A DNA stretch of 64,000 nt from Heteronotia binoei (lineage: Eukaryota): the NCBI RefSeq assembly GCF_032191835.1, contig NC_083223.1:142166001-142230000 (forward strand). Reading direction: 5' to 3'. The notes below the pieces were generated by a model. The model searched no databases and had not been told where the DNA came from. It saw only the letters and a list, made by a program, of their open reading frames with translations. Made by a program: the position numbers and the translations under genes. Positions 45,320 through 56,715 of the stretch are shown here, in pieces. Within the stretch, counting starts at the first letter, position 1, and each line of letters opens with the position of its first letter.

Positions 45320-46249
45320 TACCAGGCGCTGAGTGGTTTAGAATAGGAAAAGGAGTTAGACAAGGATGTATATTGCCACCCTGCTTATTTAATTTATATG
45401 CAGAGTACATCATGCGGAATGCTGGCCTGGATGAAGCACAAACTGGAATTAAGATTGCCAGGAAAAACATCAACAACCTCAGATATGCAGATGACACCAC
45501 TCTAATGGCAGAAAGTGAGGAGGACCTAAAGAACCTCCTGTTGAGGGTGAAAGAGGAGAGCACAAAAGTAGGCTTGAAACTCAACATCAAAAAAACTATC
45601 ATGACATCTGGACCCATCACACCTTGGCAAATAGAAGGGGAAGACATGGAAGTAGTGACAGACTTTACTTTTCTGGGATCCAAGATCACTGCAGATGGTG
45701 ACTGTAGCCATGAAATTAAAAGATGTTTGTTCCTTGGGAGGACAGCTATGGTGAACCTGGGCAGTATAATAAAAAGCAGAGACATCACCCTGCCAACAAA
45801 AGTCCGTATAGTCAAAGCGATGGTATTCCCAGTATGGGGATGGCTGTGAGAGCTGGACCATAAGGAAGGCCGAGCGCAGAAGAATAGATGCTTTTTAGCT
45901 GTGGTGCTGGAAAAGAATCTTGAGAGTCCCTTGGACTGCAAGAAGATCCAATCAGTCAGTCCTAAGGGAAATCAACCCAGACTATTCCCTGGAAGGTCAG
46001 ATGCTGAAGCTCAAATACTTTGGCCACCAAATGAGAAGGGAGTGCTCACTGGAGAAGATTCTGATGTTAGGAAAGACAGAAGGCAAAAGAAGAAGGGGAC
46101 AGCAAAGGATAAGATGGCTGAACAGCATTACTGATGTAACAAATACGAATTTGAGCAGACTTCGGAGGATGGTGGAAGACAGGAGGCATGGCTTTGTCCA
46201 TGGGGTCGCAAAGAGTCAGACTCGACTGTGCGACTGAACAACAACAACA
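45320..46249 (+). mobile_element. BovB (RTE clade) 5'-truncated copy
   Basis: GKGVRQGCILPPCLFNLYAE, NNLRYADDTTLMAESEE, HEIKRCL, KSRDITLPTKV, LKLKYFGH; 3' end GGGGTCGCAAAGAGTCAGACTCGACTG..CTGAACAACAAC. Frameshifted. Confidence 0.92.
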
Positions 46250-47444
46250 GTTTGGACAAATCATGGATTTGCTTCAGTAAAACAATTCCTTGTCTTAATT
46301 TCAAAATGACATAGGCTCCCTCTATGCATGCAGTCAGTGGCACCAGTAACTTCCCTGTCATGCAATCCCCTCCATGTTGGGGGATGTGACTACTGCATCA
46401 GTGAAGGAGGGGCTGATCACATGGGCATTTCCCACATCATCATTCAATTGCTGGATTCTAATTGGTGTAGGGAATTGTATGATGAGTCCCTATCTATGTG
46501 GGTGTGATATTTACAAATACTCCACATAGTCATGGGATTGTATCACTAAAAGCACTTTTCAAACTGCTGGCTGCGGTTCTTTGAAATGCAATATAATAAA
46601 CCATTATGTCATTATGAGAATGCACCTTAGAAATTACAGAATTAGTTTAATGCTGGTTTCTAGGCAAGAGAACAACCTACAGTTTGTGGTTTCATCCTAT
46701 TCTGTCATTATGATGAATTATCATTTATTACAACCCAGACTATGTATAAAGAGACTAGGAAGGGGAACATGTGAACCCCAAGTACTTTTCAGGACCATTT
46801 CTGTCATTATAAACAACATCCAAATAGAGTTTGCATGAAGGAAGCCTTTAAAATACTGGCATATGAAGATTTCTGTCTATTAGTTTACATTAATTCTAGT
46901 ATTATTATAGCAGATTGGCTTGAAGCCATTTGCAGCTCTGAAATACAAATGCACAGAACTATGTGAGAAATTTGGTATTTAGTTCTTTTATACATTATTC
47001 TGGTATGGTAAGCATAGTCATGTTTCCATGGCTGTGAAATGAAGCAGTTGAAAGCCAATTACTTTCTGAGTTTATGGAATATTGGCTACAAATCAGCATA
47101 TTTGTTGTGCAAGCAATAACCAGACTTTGTATGCACAAAATCTTGCAGTCACTTTTTTGCATGAAGAGTATACATATTAATCAAATAGCAATCCAGATTC
47201 TTTATTTCCCAGTGCACTGCCTGACATATCTGTGGGTAGAAAAAAAATCACAACAGTCTATGGAATGTGGATGGTTTCTTTGACCCATAAGGAAGTTACA
47301 ACATGGGTGTTATGTATCAGTAAATCCATAGGGTCTATACCCTTGTAAGTACTGATCTTGGGCAGTGGATGCCATATGCAATTTATTTGACTGAACAAGA
47401 GCTTGTACTGACAGACATCTCAGTGCGAAGAACATGCCATAGAC

Positions 47445-48045
47445 CAGAGGTGTCAAACATGTGACCTGGGAGCCTAATCAGGTGGCAGGCCCCTGAGCAA
47501 CTCACTGTCATCTGCTTCCTTTTCTCTCTCTCTTGTTTCCTTCTGCTTAACAGCTTGCTTTGCAAGGTTTGCTCAATTGCAGAGAAGCTACAGAGCATTG
47601 TTTTCTGCATTGGCTGAGGCTCTTCCTTTGGGGAGGAAGGGGGGAGGCAGAGCTTGCTTTACCAGGCAGGCTCTCTCAATCGCACAGCAGAGCTACTGAG
47701 CCAAGCCTCTCTTCCTTCTATTGGTTGAGGCTCCTTCCCCACCTGGTCCCCTGGGGAAGGAAAGAAAGAGCCAGAGCTTCCTTTGCCCAGTTCCCTGGAT
47801 CCCATAGGCAAAATACAAAGAAAGTATCTTTAAGACCAACAAGTGTTAATGTTTTAACCTTTTTACAACAAATAAATAAAAAAATAAATCTTTAATTGTG
47901 TTTGTCTGTGTCCTTTATAAAGTTTATATCTTTGCTACCTAATCTTAAATAGGTACACAAAAAGCCTGGCCCAACATTGCCAGGCCTGACAAGGTCTAAT
48001 TTCTGTCAGATTCAGCCCTCATAACAAATGAGTTTGACACCCCTG
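47445..48045. mobile_element. CAGGGGTGTCAAAC-family hAT-type MITE, complete
   Basis: TIRs CAGAGGTGTCAAAC / GTTTGACACCCCTG. No clean TSD retained. Confidence 0.85.
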
Positions 48046-48599
48046 ACTCCACATATTGTTTCCTATCCCTCTAAATTTGTCAGATTTGAACAATTTCATT
48101 TATGACAATTTATACAACCCCATCCTGGATGTGATTATCAAGGACACAATCCTGGTATTATTTTAGATTGCCATGGTAGCTGATTAGATGTTTTATCACC
48201 ACATCATTTCATTTCCATTCTGCAACAACCTATAGGTGAATGTAGGTGAGCGGTTTCAGATTTCTTGTGAGCTCTTTATCTTGTCAGACATGTTCAAAGT
48301 TGGAATTGGGGGCAACTATGGTGTCTTCTATAAAAAACAAGTAAGATAAATGAGTGAAATTTTTGAATTTATTGAAAACACTTCCCATTAGGATGTGCTA
48401 AAGAGCTGGCTAATAAACAAATTTCTATAGCCTGTTTTGGTCCAGTGACTGACAAAGTTATCCATCATTCTAAAAAAGCAGCTGTTTGGATGTGGATTAT
48501 AATCATGAATGGTGCTTTGTGATCATTCTGGTCTCTCAGATCTTCAGTTTCTTTACCATTAAAAATTGTAATTCTCTTTTTCATGCCTGGATTCCTTCC

Positions 48600-48720
48600 T
48601 AAGTAGGTAGTAGTCCGCTTGTGCAAGCACCAGTTGTTTCTGACACTGGGGTGACGTCGTGATGTGATGTTTTCACGGCAGAGTTTTTAATGGGGTGGTT
48701 TGCCATTGCCTTCCCCATCC
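48600..48720 (-). mobile_element. Sauria SINE 3' half
   Basis: Reverse complement of GGGGAAGGCAATGGCAAACCACCCC...GTGCTTGCACA. Confidence 0.8.
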
Positions 48721-49134
48721 ATCTTAAATACATGTAGCTAAAAGCACAGAGGGAGAGTCCCAAAACACTGGAATAAGGTAATGAAGATTTCTAAATATTT
48801 GTACCTCTAAGATTCAATAGACTACCATGGTCCATGAAGTGAAGTTTGTGGCAGGGCAACTGGTATTAACTTTCTGGCTGTTCATAGCAGTTCATGTCAG
48901 TTCATGAATGAATACATTTCCAGACAAACTATCTCCACACATGTTTACCCTACTTCAAAACAACAGGAGGGGGGGACTTGGAGGGCATGTAGAGGAGCAT
49001 CCAGGAGCGGTCCCTTGTGACTTTGATGTCTCTAGGTTGCACAGGATCCATTCTATACAGTTCTGAACCTCCTGAACCCTCACCTGTCAAAATGACCATC
49101 TGTCAATGACATCCCTACTCTTTCTGGTTACTTG

Positions 49135-49330
49135 AGATGGGCACAAACCATGAAAATGCAGTTCAGAACATGGCTTGTAGTGTGCTTGGTTCACAAACCA
49201 CGAACCATCATGAACTTTAGAAGCTAAGTGAACTGGTTTGGTTTGTGAGGTTCATGACTCCATAGAACAAGCCGCCCTGAGCCCACTTGCAGGATAGGGC
49301 AGAGTATAGATAAAAAATTAAATTAATTAA
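49135..49330. mobile_element. Decayed MITE-like end followed by L2 3' tail
   Basis: GAGATGGGCACAAACC start with ACGAACC/GGTTC subrepeats, then AAGCCGCCCTGAGCC...GGGCAGAGTATAG plus AT-rich tail. Confidence 0.45.
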
Positions 49331-49374
49331 TTACAATTAGAATACCCTCCACCAGACTATAAATTGCAGAAAGT

Positions 49375-49434
49375 CACAGAACAACCAGCACATTTCACAG
49401 AACAACCAGCACATTTCACAGAACAATCAGCACA
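49375..49434. repeat. Minisatellite, ~3 x 21 bp (CACAGAACAACCAGCACATTT)
   Basis: Units at 49375, 49396 and 49417. Confidence 0.92.
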
Positions 49435-52400
49435 AACTGTTTTCCCTCCTGAGATTGACTTCCCCAGGAGCTCCATGGCCATGGGACACCTGGGGAAGCT
49501 GATCCCGGGAGGGAAGGCAGTTTAACCTTCCCTTGCCTTCTCTAGGTGTCACCCAGCCATGGGGTGCCTGGAGAAGGTCTTCACAGAAGTTTAAGCTCCT
49601 TCCTTTGGCTTCCCCAGGAGCCCTTCTACTGTCCCACAGCCTGGCAAGCAGATGGGCTGGGGAAGGGAGGGAGCATTAAACATGCCTCTCCACTGAGTCT
49701 TCCTTTCCCCAGCCATCCAGATGCTTCCACTGGTCAATTTCACTCCCCAGCTCTCCCACTGGTTGCCAGGCATTTCCTGGCAACTCTAGATTGGAGTCAT
49801 ACATAGTATTAGTCAGTATTAGTAGCAGGGACTATCATACACATGAATGAAGGAAAGATCTATATAGTGCAGGGCCATGAGCTCTGGGTTGGGAAAACTT
49901 TCAAACCCTCTAACTCACTCTCTTTTTCAGTAATGATTTTGAGTAACTATAGCCCCAGTATTTATTGCTTGTATAAAAACTGACTATCACATTTTGGACA
50001 ATACACAGGGAATATACAATCAGCATTTATTCACCCTAAATTGTTCATATTGTATGGTGGTGATGCTGCCACTGACATGGAGAAGTGCTGTGGGTCTAGT
50101 GACAGTATATTCTTGCCTGGGACAGAATAAATAAATAACTAAATAGATATATAGATAAATAGATAGATACCCCTCCTTTCTTGTGGTTCAAGGCAGCTTG
50201 TATTCAGCCACATTTGGATGGTGGAAATTCTTGCCATGCAACAGCTCTTTTGATCACTGGACTGCTGCCATGTGATGCTCATGGGTGCCCCCTATTGAAG
50301 AGTATGTGAATATGTGCATGGGGGGGAAGAGAAAGTGACAAATACATACACTCCCTCTACAGAAGCAAAAAGGTAGATAGATACACAAGGAAGTTATTCT
50401 AAGAAAAACAGAAACAATCTCTGTCAAATAAGATTTTTTAGCTTCATAACAGAAGACCACTTCAGTTAATATATAAGCAGCTGCCTGTATCTATTGTCTA
50501 TAAATTAACCAGGAGATATTCTTAAAGATTGCTGGACATATGCAAAGGCAGTCTTTTTCAAGAGAATCAATCTATCCAGTAGATAAAATGCACAAGAACC
50601 ACAGATGGCATAACAGTATAGAATACATAAGACTATTATTAAAGCACACATTTCTCTAAAAGCAGTTATTTATACTACAGAAAAAGAAAGAAAAAAGACA
50701 GCATTTTTGTGCTTTTATACTACAGCACTATAACTTTAGAACCAAGAACATTAGGGGGTCTATTATTCAGAGAGATGACCACATAGCACTGAAAAAAAAA
50801 GAAGTGAATGCAGTGATATTGTTCTGCCTTTGAAAAGCTTTCTGGAAAAAAAAATAACCACAACAAAAATATACACACATCAATTTTCGATCACAAATTC
50901 AAAGCCCGGAAGACCCTCATTTGACACAGACAGAATTATAGCACACCAGATAAATGACTTGCTGCATTACCTGAAAATACTTGGGATGGTATAGAGAAGA
51001 AAAACAGCAAAACTCCCACATAAGTAAACTTTCAACAAAAGAACGATTATAGCTTTTAGAAGTGCAGTCACACTTAGTACCTTGCAAAGAGAAAGTAGCA
51101 CTTTTCTCAATGAAGTAAAAAGTACTTGGAAACAATAACAAATAGATGGACTGGCAGCCTACAATAAACAGTGTCTTGCAAGTCTCGTGGTCTTCCCTAA
51201 TGTTGGTATACTGTGCAAAAAAGTCATGAAATATGAATTATGTCTGTAATTGTTAATTACTAGAAAGACTTTATAAAAGGCCAGGCCAGTTCTCAATATT
51301 ATACCACCATTTCAGAACATTTAACAACAGTTTCAAATTGAAAGGAATGTTTATTTTTAAAGGTCTGTAAGGTTTTAACTATAGCTAAGCTGGTGTAATA
51401 GCATTTGCACATTCTTTTCTGATTTTTATAAAATTATGTAAAATAGACTATCAAAATATGCTGCTTTAACACATGAAACCAACACATTGAACAAGCTGAA
51501 ACGGCGGACAATAAATAAATAATAAAACTCATGGTTCAGAATATGGTTGATGCCAGAAGGTCAACAAAGAGAAAGGATCATAGGTAACTTCAGGGGATCT
51601 GAGTTCCCAACTGTAGGGGTGAGCACCAAGAAAGTCTTCATGCAGGTTCCTACCAAATATACCTTGTGTAGCATGAGTTCCCACAGTAGTGCTCCCTCAG
51701 AGGATCTCAACACATAAGCAGATGCATATGACTGAAAGTGCTCCTAATTTTGTCTTTGTCTCCTCTTCTCCCACTTTCATTCCCTCTGTCAAAATTCAGA
51801 TTGTAGGCTCTTTGGAGCAAGAACCGGTATTTTGCTTATGTCATTTTGTGAAGCACCCTAATAGAATAATAACAAAACAACAAATAACAATAATAAAGAA
51901 CTCTACGCTAGGAAAAGTAATCTTTTGTATTGGGAAAACAGAGTGAAGAACAGAATTATTTTATGTGAACTCTATAAAAGCCAAGTGGATAGACAACATA
52001 TGGAAGGGTTTGGGGACTGACATAAGACACCAGGAAGAGTTAAAATTAAAGACACCATTTCAGATGTCAATAGTGGTGGTTTGGAAAGATTTCAGTCTGT
52101 GTGCAAGCATGAATGGGCAGGGTGTGAGATTTATAATGATAACTGATCGTCTAAGATCTATTCAAGTTCAAACTGCAGCACAGCATTTTAACTTGAGATC
52201 ATTTGTCATGGCTACATTTTTATATCTCATTGTAACTATGGTGCACCTGTTTGGCACTTGAACACACCCTATTCAACTTCTGTGATTAGACTGTGAGCTA
52301 GTTGGGGATATGTTCAGCTTCCATTGAGCATCTTGAACAGCTGCCAAACAAGTATGCAGCTGCCTGCTCATCAGAAGCTGACTCACAACTAATCAGGGGA

Positions 52401-52576
52401 TCAGCTGAGAGTCAGGTTCTGATACACCTCTCACTTCAGAAGTTGCTGCACAGCAAAGCTGGAGATCAGAAGTGATTGGCTACTGATCTCCTCAGTATAC
52501 AAAGGAAGGAAGAGATCATTGATCTCTTTTCTCTGCAGCTCTAGCTGAAAGCTTGGGTTGGGAGAAGAGAAACAAT

Positions 52577-52863
52577 GGGTGTTTTCGCACTCACGTTTTA
52601 CTGGCGCCACGACCCTCCTCACGCCGGCGGATCTGCAGTGATTTCACACTAGAAGCGCCGGCGCAGCCCATTGCGCCGGCTACTTCCGTCGCTAAGCCAG
52701 CGCAAACGTTTTCCTGCTTCTTGGCGGTTTCCGTTTGCGCTGGCTTAGCGACGGAAGTAGCCGGCGCAATGGGCTGCGCCGGCGCTTCTAGTGCGAAATC
52801 ACTGCAGATCCGCCGGCGTGAGGAGGGTCGTGGCACCAGTAAAACATGAGTGCGAAAACACCC
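52577..52863. mobile_element. Young CpG-rich foldback MITE (PIF/Harbinger-like)
   Basis: 132-bp arms (52577-52708, 52732-52863), 23-bp spacer, 3 mismatches all at CpG. Ends GGGTGTTTTCGCAC/GTGCGAAAACACCC; 3-bp TSD AAT. Confidence 0.88.
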
Positions 52864-55268
52864 AATGTGTTTTGTTCTCCTTACCCCAGATTGAAGCTTG
52901 GGCTGTGGAGAACAAGAGCAGTCTGCTCCTTTTTTCTACAGCCCAAGATAATTTGCTGGGCTTCTGATCACACACAGTGCTAAATCTTCAGCATCTCAGC
53001 AAATCAGGGATGCAGCAAAGTTTCTAACATGGGAGATCAAATTAACCTGGTTTATAATCCCCATCACCCAAAAAACCTGGCTGAGTATGCAACAAAACTT
53101 CCTCAGGAGAAAATTCAAAACTAACTCCCAGTGGATCCCTCATTCACTGGGAGTCAGCTTGGCTGCAATGAGCTTGTTCCTGTGAACAGATATGAACAGC
53201 CAAGCAGCCCACTGCTTAACTAGTTTAGTTGCCTGATCACTGCTGTCAAACAGGATGTGAACCAAACTGGCAGGTGCTTGGGCATCCCTAATTGAAATCA
53301 GAAATAATATTTCATTACATACAGTTTGAAACAACAGGTAAGAGGTGGATGGACTGCACACTTTCTTTCTAAACAATGCCATTGGAACAAAGAACAGAGA
53401 AGGTGAAAAAATATAAAATACTGAAGAGACACATATTCATCTGGAGAGCTAGTTAGACACCCCCCCATAACAAATTACATTCACTTTCACATATACCTTC
53501 ACATCTGTATTTACTGGCATCTACAAAAACCTGAATTTATTTGGAAACACCTTCAACTGTACTTTTATGGGGGGGGGGATGGGCATCATGGTCTTAAAAG
53601 AAACTCATTTCTGTATGTAGGTTGGCATGTGATTCATAATGAAACTACTCGAACACTATCATTCTAGAGTACTGAATTCTGATAATAGTCAGATGCCAAA
53701 TAAAAGACATTTCAGTTTTTATGATATTAGCAAGCTACAAGTACTTCCACTTTTGAGAAAGGCCTTACAAAGGGATTTTTCAAAGACAGACATATGAATG
53801 TGTAGAACAAGCTTACTGCTGTGATACTATGAAGAGGTAAAACCTCAGGAGGTTTTAGCAAACTTTAGCACCTACTGTGGTTTACAAAGGTGGGTTGCAA
53901 TCCACCCACTGGTTGCTGTGCTTTACTCCAACACATTCCTTCAAGGGCTATTCAGGCTTTCAAAACATTGCTGAGGGGCCCTCTGATCATTTGTCCCCCA
54001 AGAGCTAAACCAAAACTCCCTGCTGGTGTTCTTATTCACCCAATTGTTTCAAGATGCTGAGCGCTCAGGAAACAAAGTGCTATGTGTTTAATTTGATATG
54101 TTTTCTTTTGCTTTTGGGCTATTGGATTCTCATCCGCACTCCTGTAGCTGGGAAAATCTCCAGAGCTGACAGTGAATGGGGAACACTGCTGACTTACAAA
54201 ATTAAATGCCAGGACTGGATTGTCACTTTCTCTTTCAAATTATGGGAAAAGTCCACATGTCAGAGAAGGTGAATACAAGTCCAGAGTTTAGCCTGCAAAC
54301 AAGCAAGTTTTCAAATGTAGCTGCTGGAGGTCTGCAGTTGAACTTGCTGTGACCTATACTGAACTGTTTACAGCATTGTTCTACCTCTCTCAATTTACAG
54401 CACCAGTGGGAAGTTGAGGGAGGTGTTTTACTAGGTTTTATGTATCCAAATGTTTTCTGGTACAATGGAATTGCCAGCAAATCTTACTTTATTCCTCACC
54501 CATATGAAAGCCATATAAGCAGACAGAGATGAATATGGTTTTAGGTCACCCTCACAAGTGCAGGTTTAGAGACCTGAACTGCCTCTCATTTTGGTGTATC
54601 TGAAGATTTTTATCTCACCATCAAATGTAGTAGTGCAAATCTCCATTTGACTTAATATTTGATGGATAATAATGAATACACATTTTCTTTGCTGAGCTGT
54701 TAATAACATTCTAAAAGAGATTGAAGGCTTGAGGCAAATATAGGGTAGTTAACTTACCTGATCCGTCATTAAAGTACTTCTTCCTGCAAAAAGACTTTTA
54801 CCACTGTATTCCCCCATGGCATATGTCTAACCTCTATTCAAAGAGTTGGGAGAGGACAATTACTGCCACCAGAGTTGTTCCATAAAAAGAAGGAAATCAC
54901 ACTGTTCTCATGTAGATAGTGCCACTAGCTAGAGACATGCCCTGAAATCTAACCTCTTCTCCTTGACTATTTGAACTGTGATGTCTGCAGTAAAACAAGA
55001 GAGGGGAGTCAACACTGAGAAACTAGACTGAACTGCAATGGGAGAAATATGAAATATTTCACATACACTTGCATGAAATGCCTCTCCCCCCTCCTTTATT
55101 CAGTCTTCTTGATGGTAAATGGAAACAAGGCAGAAAGAAAGGTTGGGAGCATGTCTCCACATTATTAAATATACAAAACAGTGCTTCCTGTCTTCTCCCT
55201 CTGATGTGCTGGAAAGAAGTTTCTACACAGCACATCAGAGGCAGATATGGACATTTGCAACAGGCCTC

Positions 55269-55549
55269 AATAATAGAAGAAGAAGAAGACTGCAGATTTA
55301 TACCCCGCCCTTCTTTCTGAGTCAGAAACTGAGAGTGGCTTACAATCCCCTATATCTTCTCCCTCCACAACAGATACCCTGTGAGGTGGGTGGGGCTGAG
55401 AGGGCTCTCACAGCAGTTGCCCTTTCAAGGACAACTCCTGCAATAGCTGTGACTAACCCAAGGCCATTCCAGCAGGTGCAAGTGGAGGAGTGGGGAATCA
55501 GTTCTCCCAGATGAGAGTCCACACACTTAACCACTACATCAAACTGGCT
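55269..55549 (-). mobile_element. tRNA-derived SINE with L2-like tail (Squam2-like)
   Basis: Reverse complement of the 9512 family with (CTT)n tail. Confidence 0.85.
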
Positions 55550-56030
55550 AATACAGGGCTACACTTGTGTATGTATATTGCCATACTGTGTTGCAAGGGA
55601 CAATGAAACTGCCCCTAACTAGGGTGGGAATACAGCATATTCCTGCACTGCCAGCCCAACTAAGTGATGCTCCCTGTCTCCCAGGACTGCACTGGTGTGA
55701 TACAGCATAGGAAGACAGGGAATACCAACTAGTTGACACTGCAACACAGGCTGTTTCTTCCATCCCACCAGGGCAAGGACTTTTTGCCTCACTGAAAACA
55801 CAGACTCAAATCTCATTGGCCACGTAGCACTATGACACATTTAGCCTCTAATTAGAGGAACGAAGGCGAAGAAAAGAGAAAAGCAACAGGCAGGGGGAAC
55901 TAAGTTCTTGTGAACAGCCAAAATAAGCAAAAACCTGGTTGGTTACTTGTTTGGTTTTTAGACAACCCCACTTTGACTCAAAAATTCATGGACAAAAATT
56001 TGGCATGACAGACCTACATTAGATCCTAAT

Positions 56031-56237
56031 TAGGATTGCCAACCTTCATGTGGTGGCTGGAGATCTCCTGCTATTACAATTGATTTCCAGGCAACAGAGA
56101 TCAGATCAACTAGAGAAAATGGCCACTCTGGAAGGTGGATTATGGAATTGTTGAAGTACCCTCCTCCCCTTTCTCCATCCTCCAGGTTCCACCCCCAAAA
56201 TCTCCTGGTATCTCCCAATCTGAAGCTGGCTGCCCTA
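56031..56237. mobile_element. TAGGGTTGCCA-family MITE
   Basis: TAGGATTGCCAA...GGCTGCCCTA. TSD ATCCTAAT/ATCCTACA (6/8). Confidence 0.75.
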
Positions 56238-56257
56238 ATCCTACAAATTGATTTCAG

Positions 56258-56715
56258 CAGGGTTTTTAATTGTAGAAAAAGCCCAGCAAGAACTCATTTG
56301 CATAATAGGCCATACCCCTGATATCAATGGAAGTGACATCATCTGCTCAGTAGGTTACTTTCCGCATATTGACACAGAACAGTACAGTGCTATCAGCTGC
56401 ATTTCATGGATGTGTGTTCTTACACAGCCCTATGAGAGACCTTGTTTTGCCCCCCACCCCCGACATGGCCAGAGAGAGAGAGAGCCATAAGTGGTGGAGT
56501 GGACAGCGGCAGGACCAGCTTCTCCCAGAAGAGGGTGCTCATAGGTCTCAGCGTCTCTTGCTCTCTTTGCAAGCCCGCTGGAGACGGCAGAAAGGACAGA
56601 TAATGTGATTTGGGAGTGTGTGGCTGCCTAGTGCCTTCCCTCTGCTGGAGACCTTTTTTGAGCTGGAGCCCTGGCCAAGACAGCCAGAACTGTGTTCCTG
56701 CTCAAAAAAGCCCTG
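56258..56715. mobile_element. Long (458 bp) variant of the CAGGGCTT-family hAT MITE
   Basis: CAGGGTTTTT...AAAAAAGCCCTG. TSD GATTTCAG/GATTTCAA. About 330 bp of interior is absent from the ~200-bp copies. Confidence 0.8.

Noticed and set aside
45285-45941. 218-aa minus-strand ORF
   Set aside because: Antisense frame of the BovB RT fragment.
52553-52849. Mirror ORFs on both strands with nearly the same peptide
   Set aside because: A direct consequence of the palindromic MITE.
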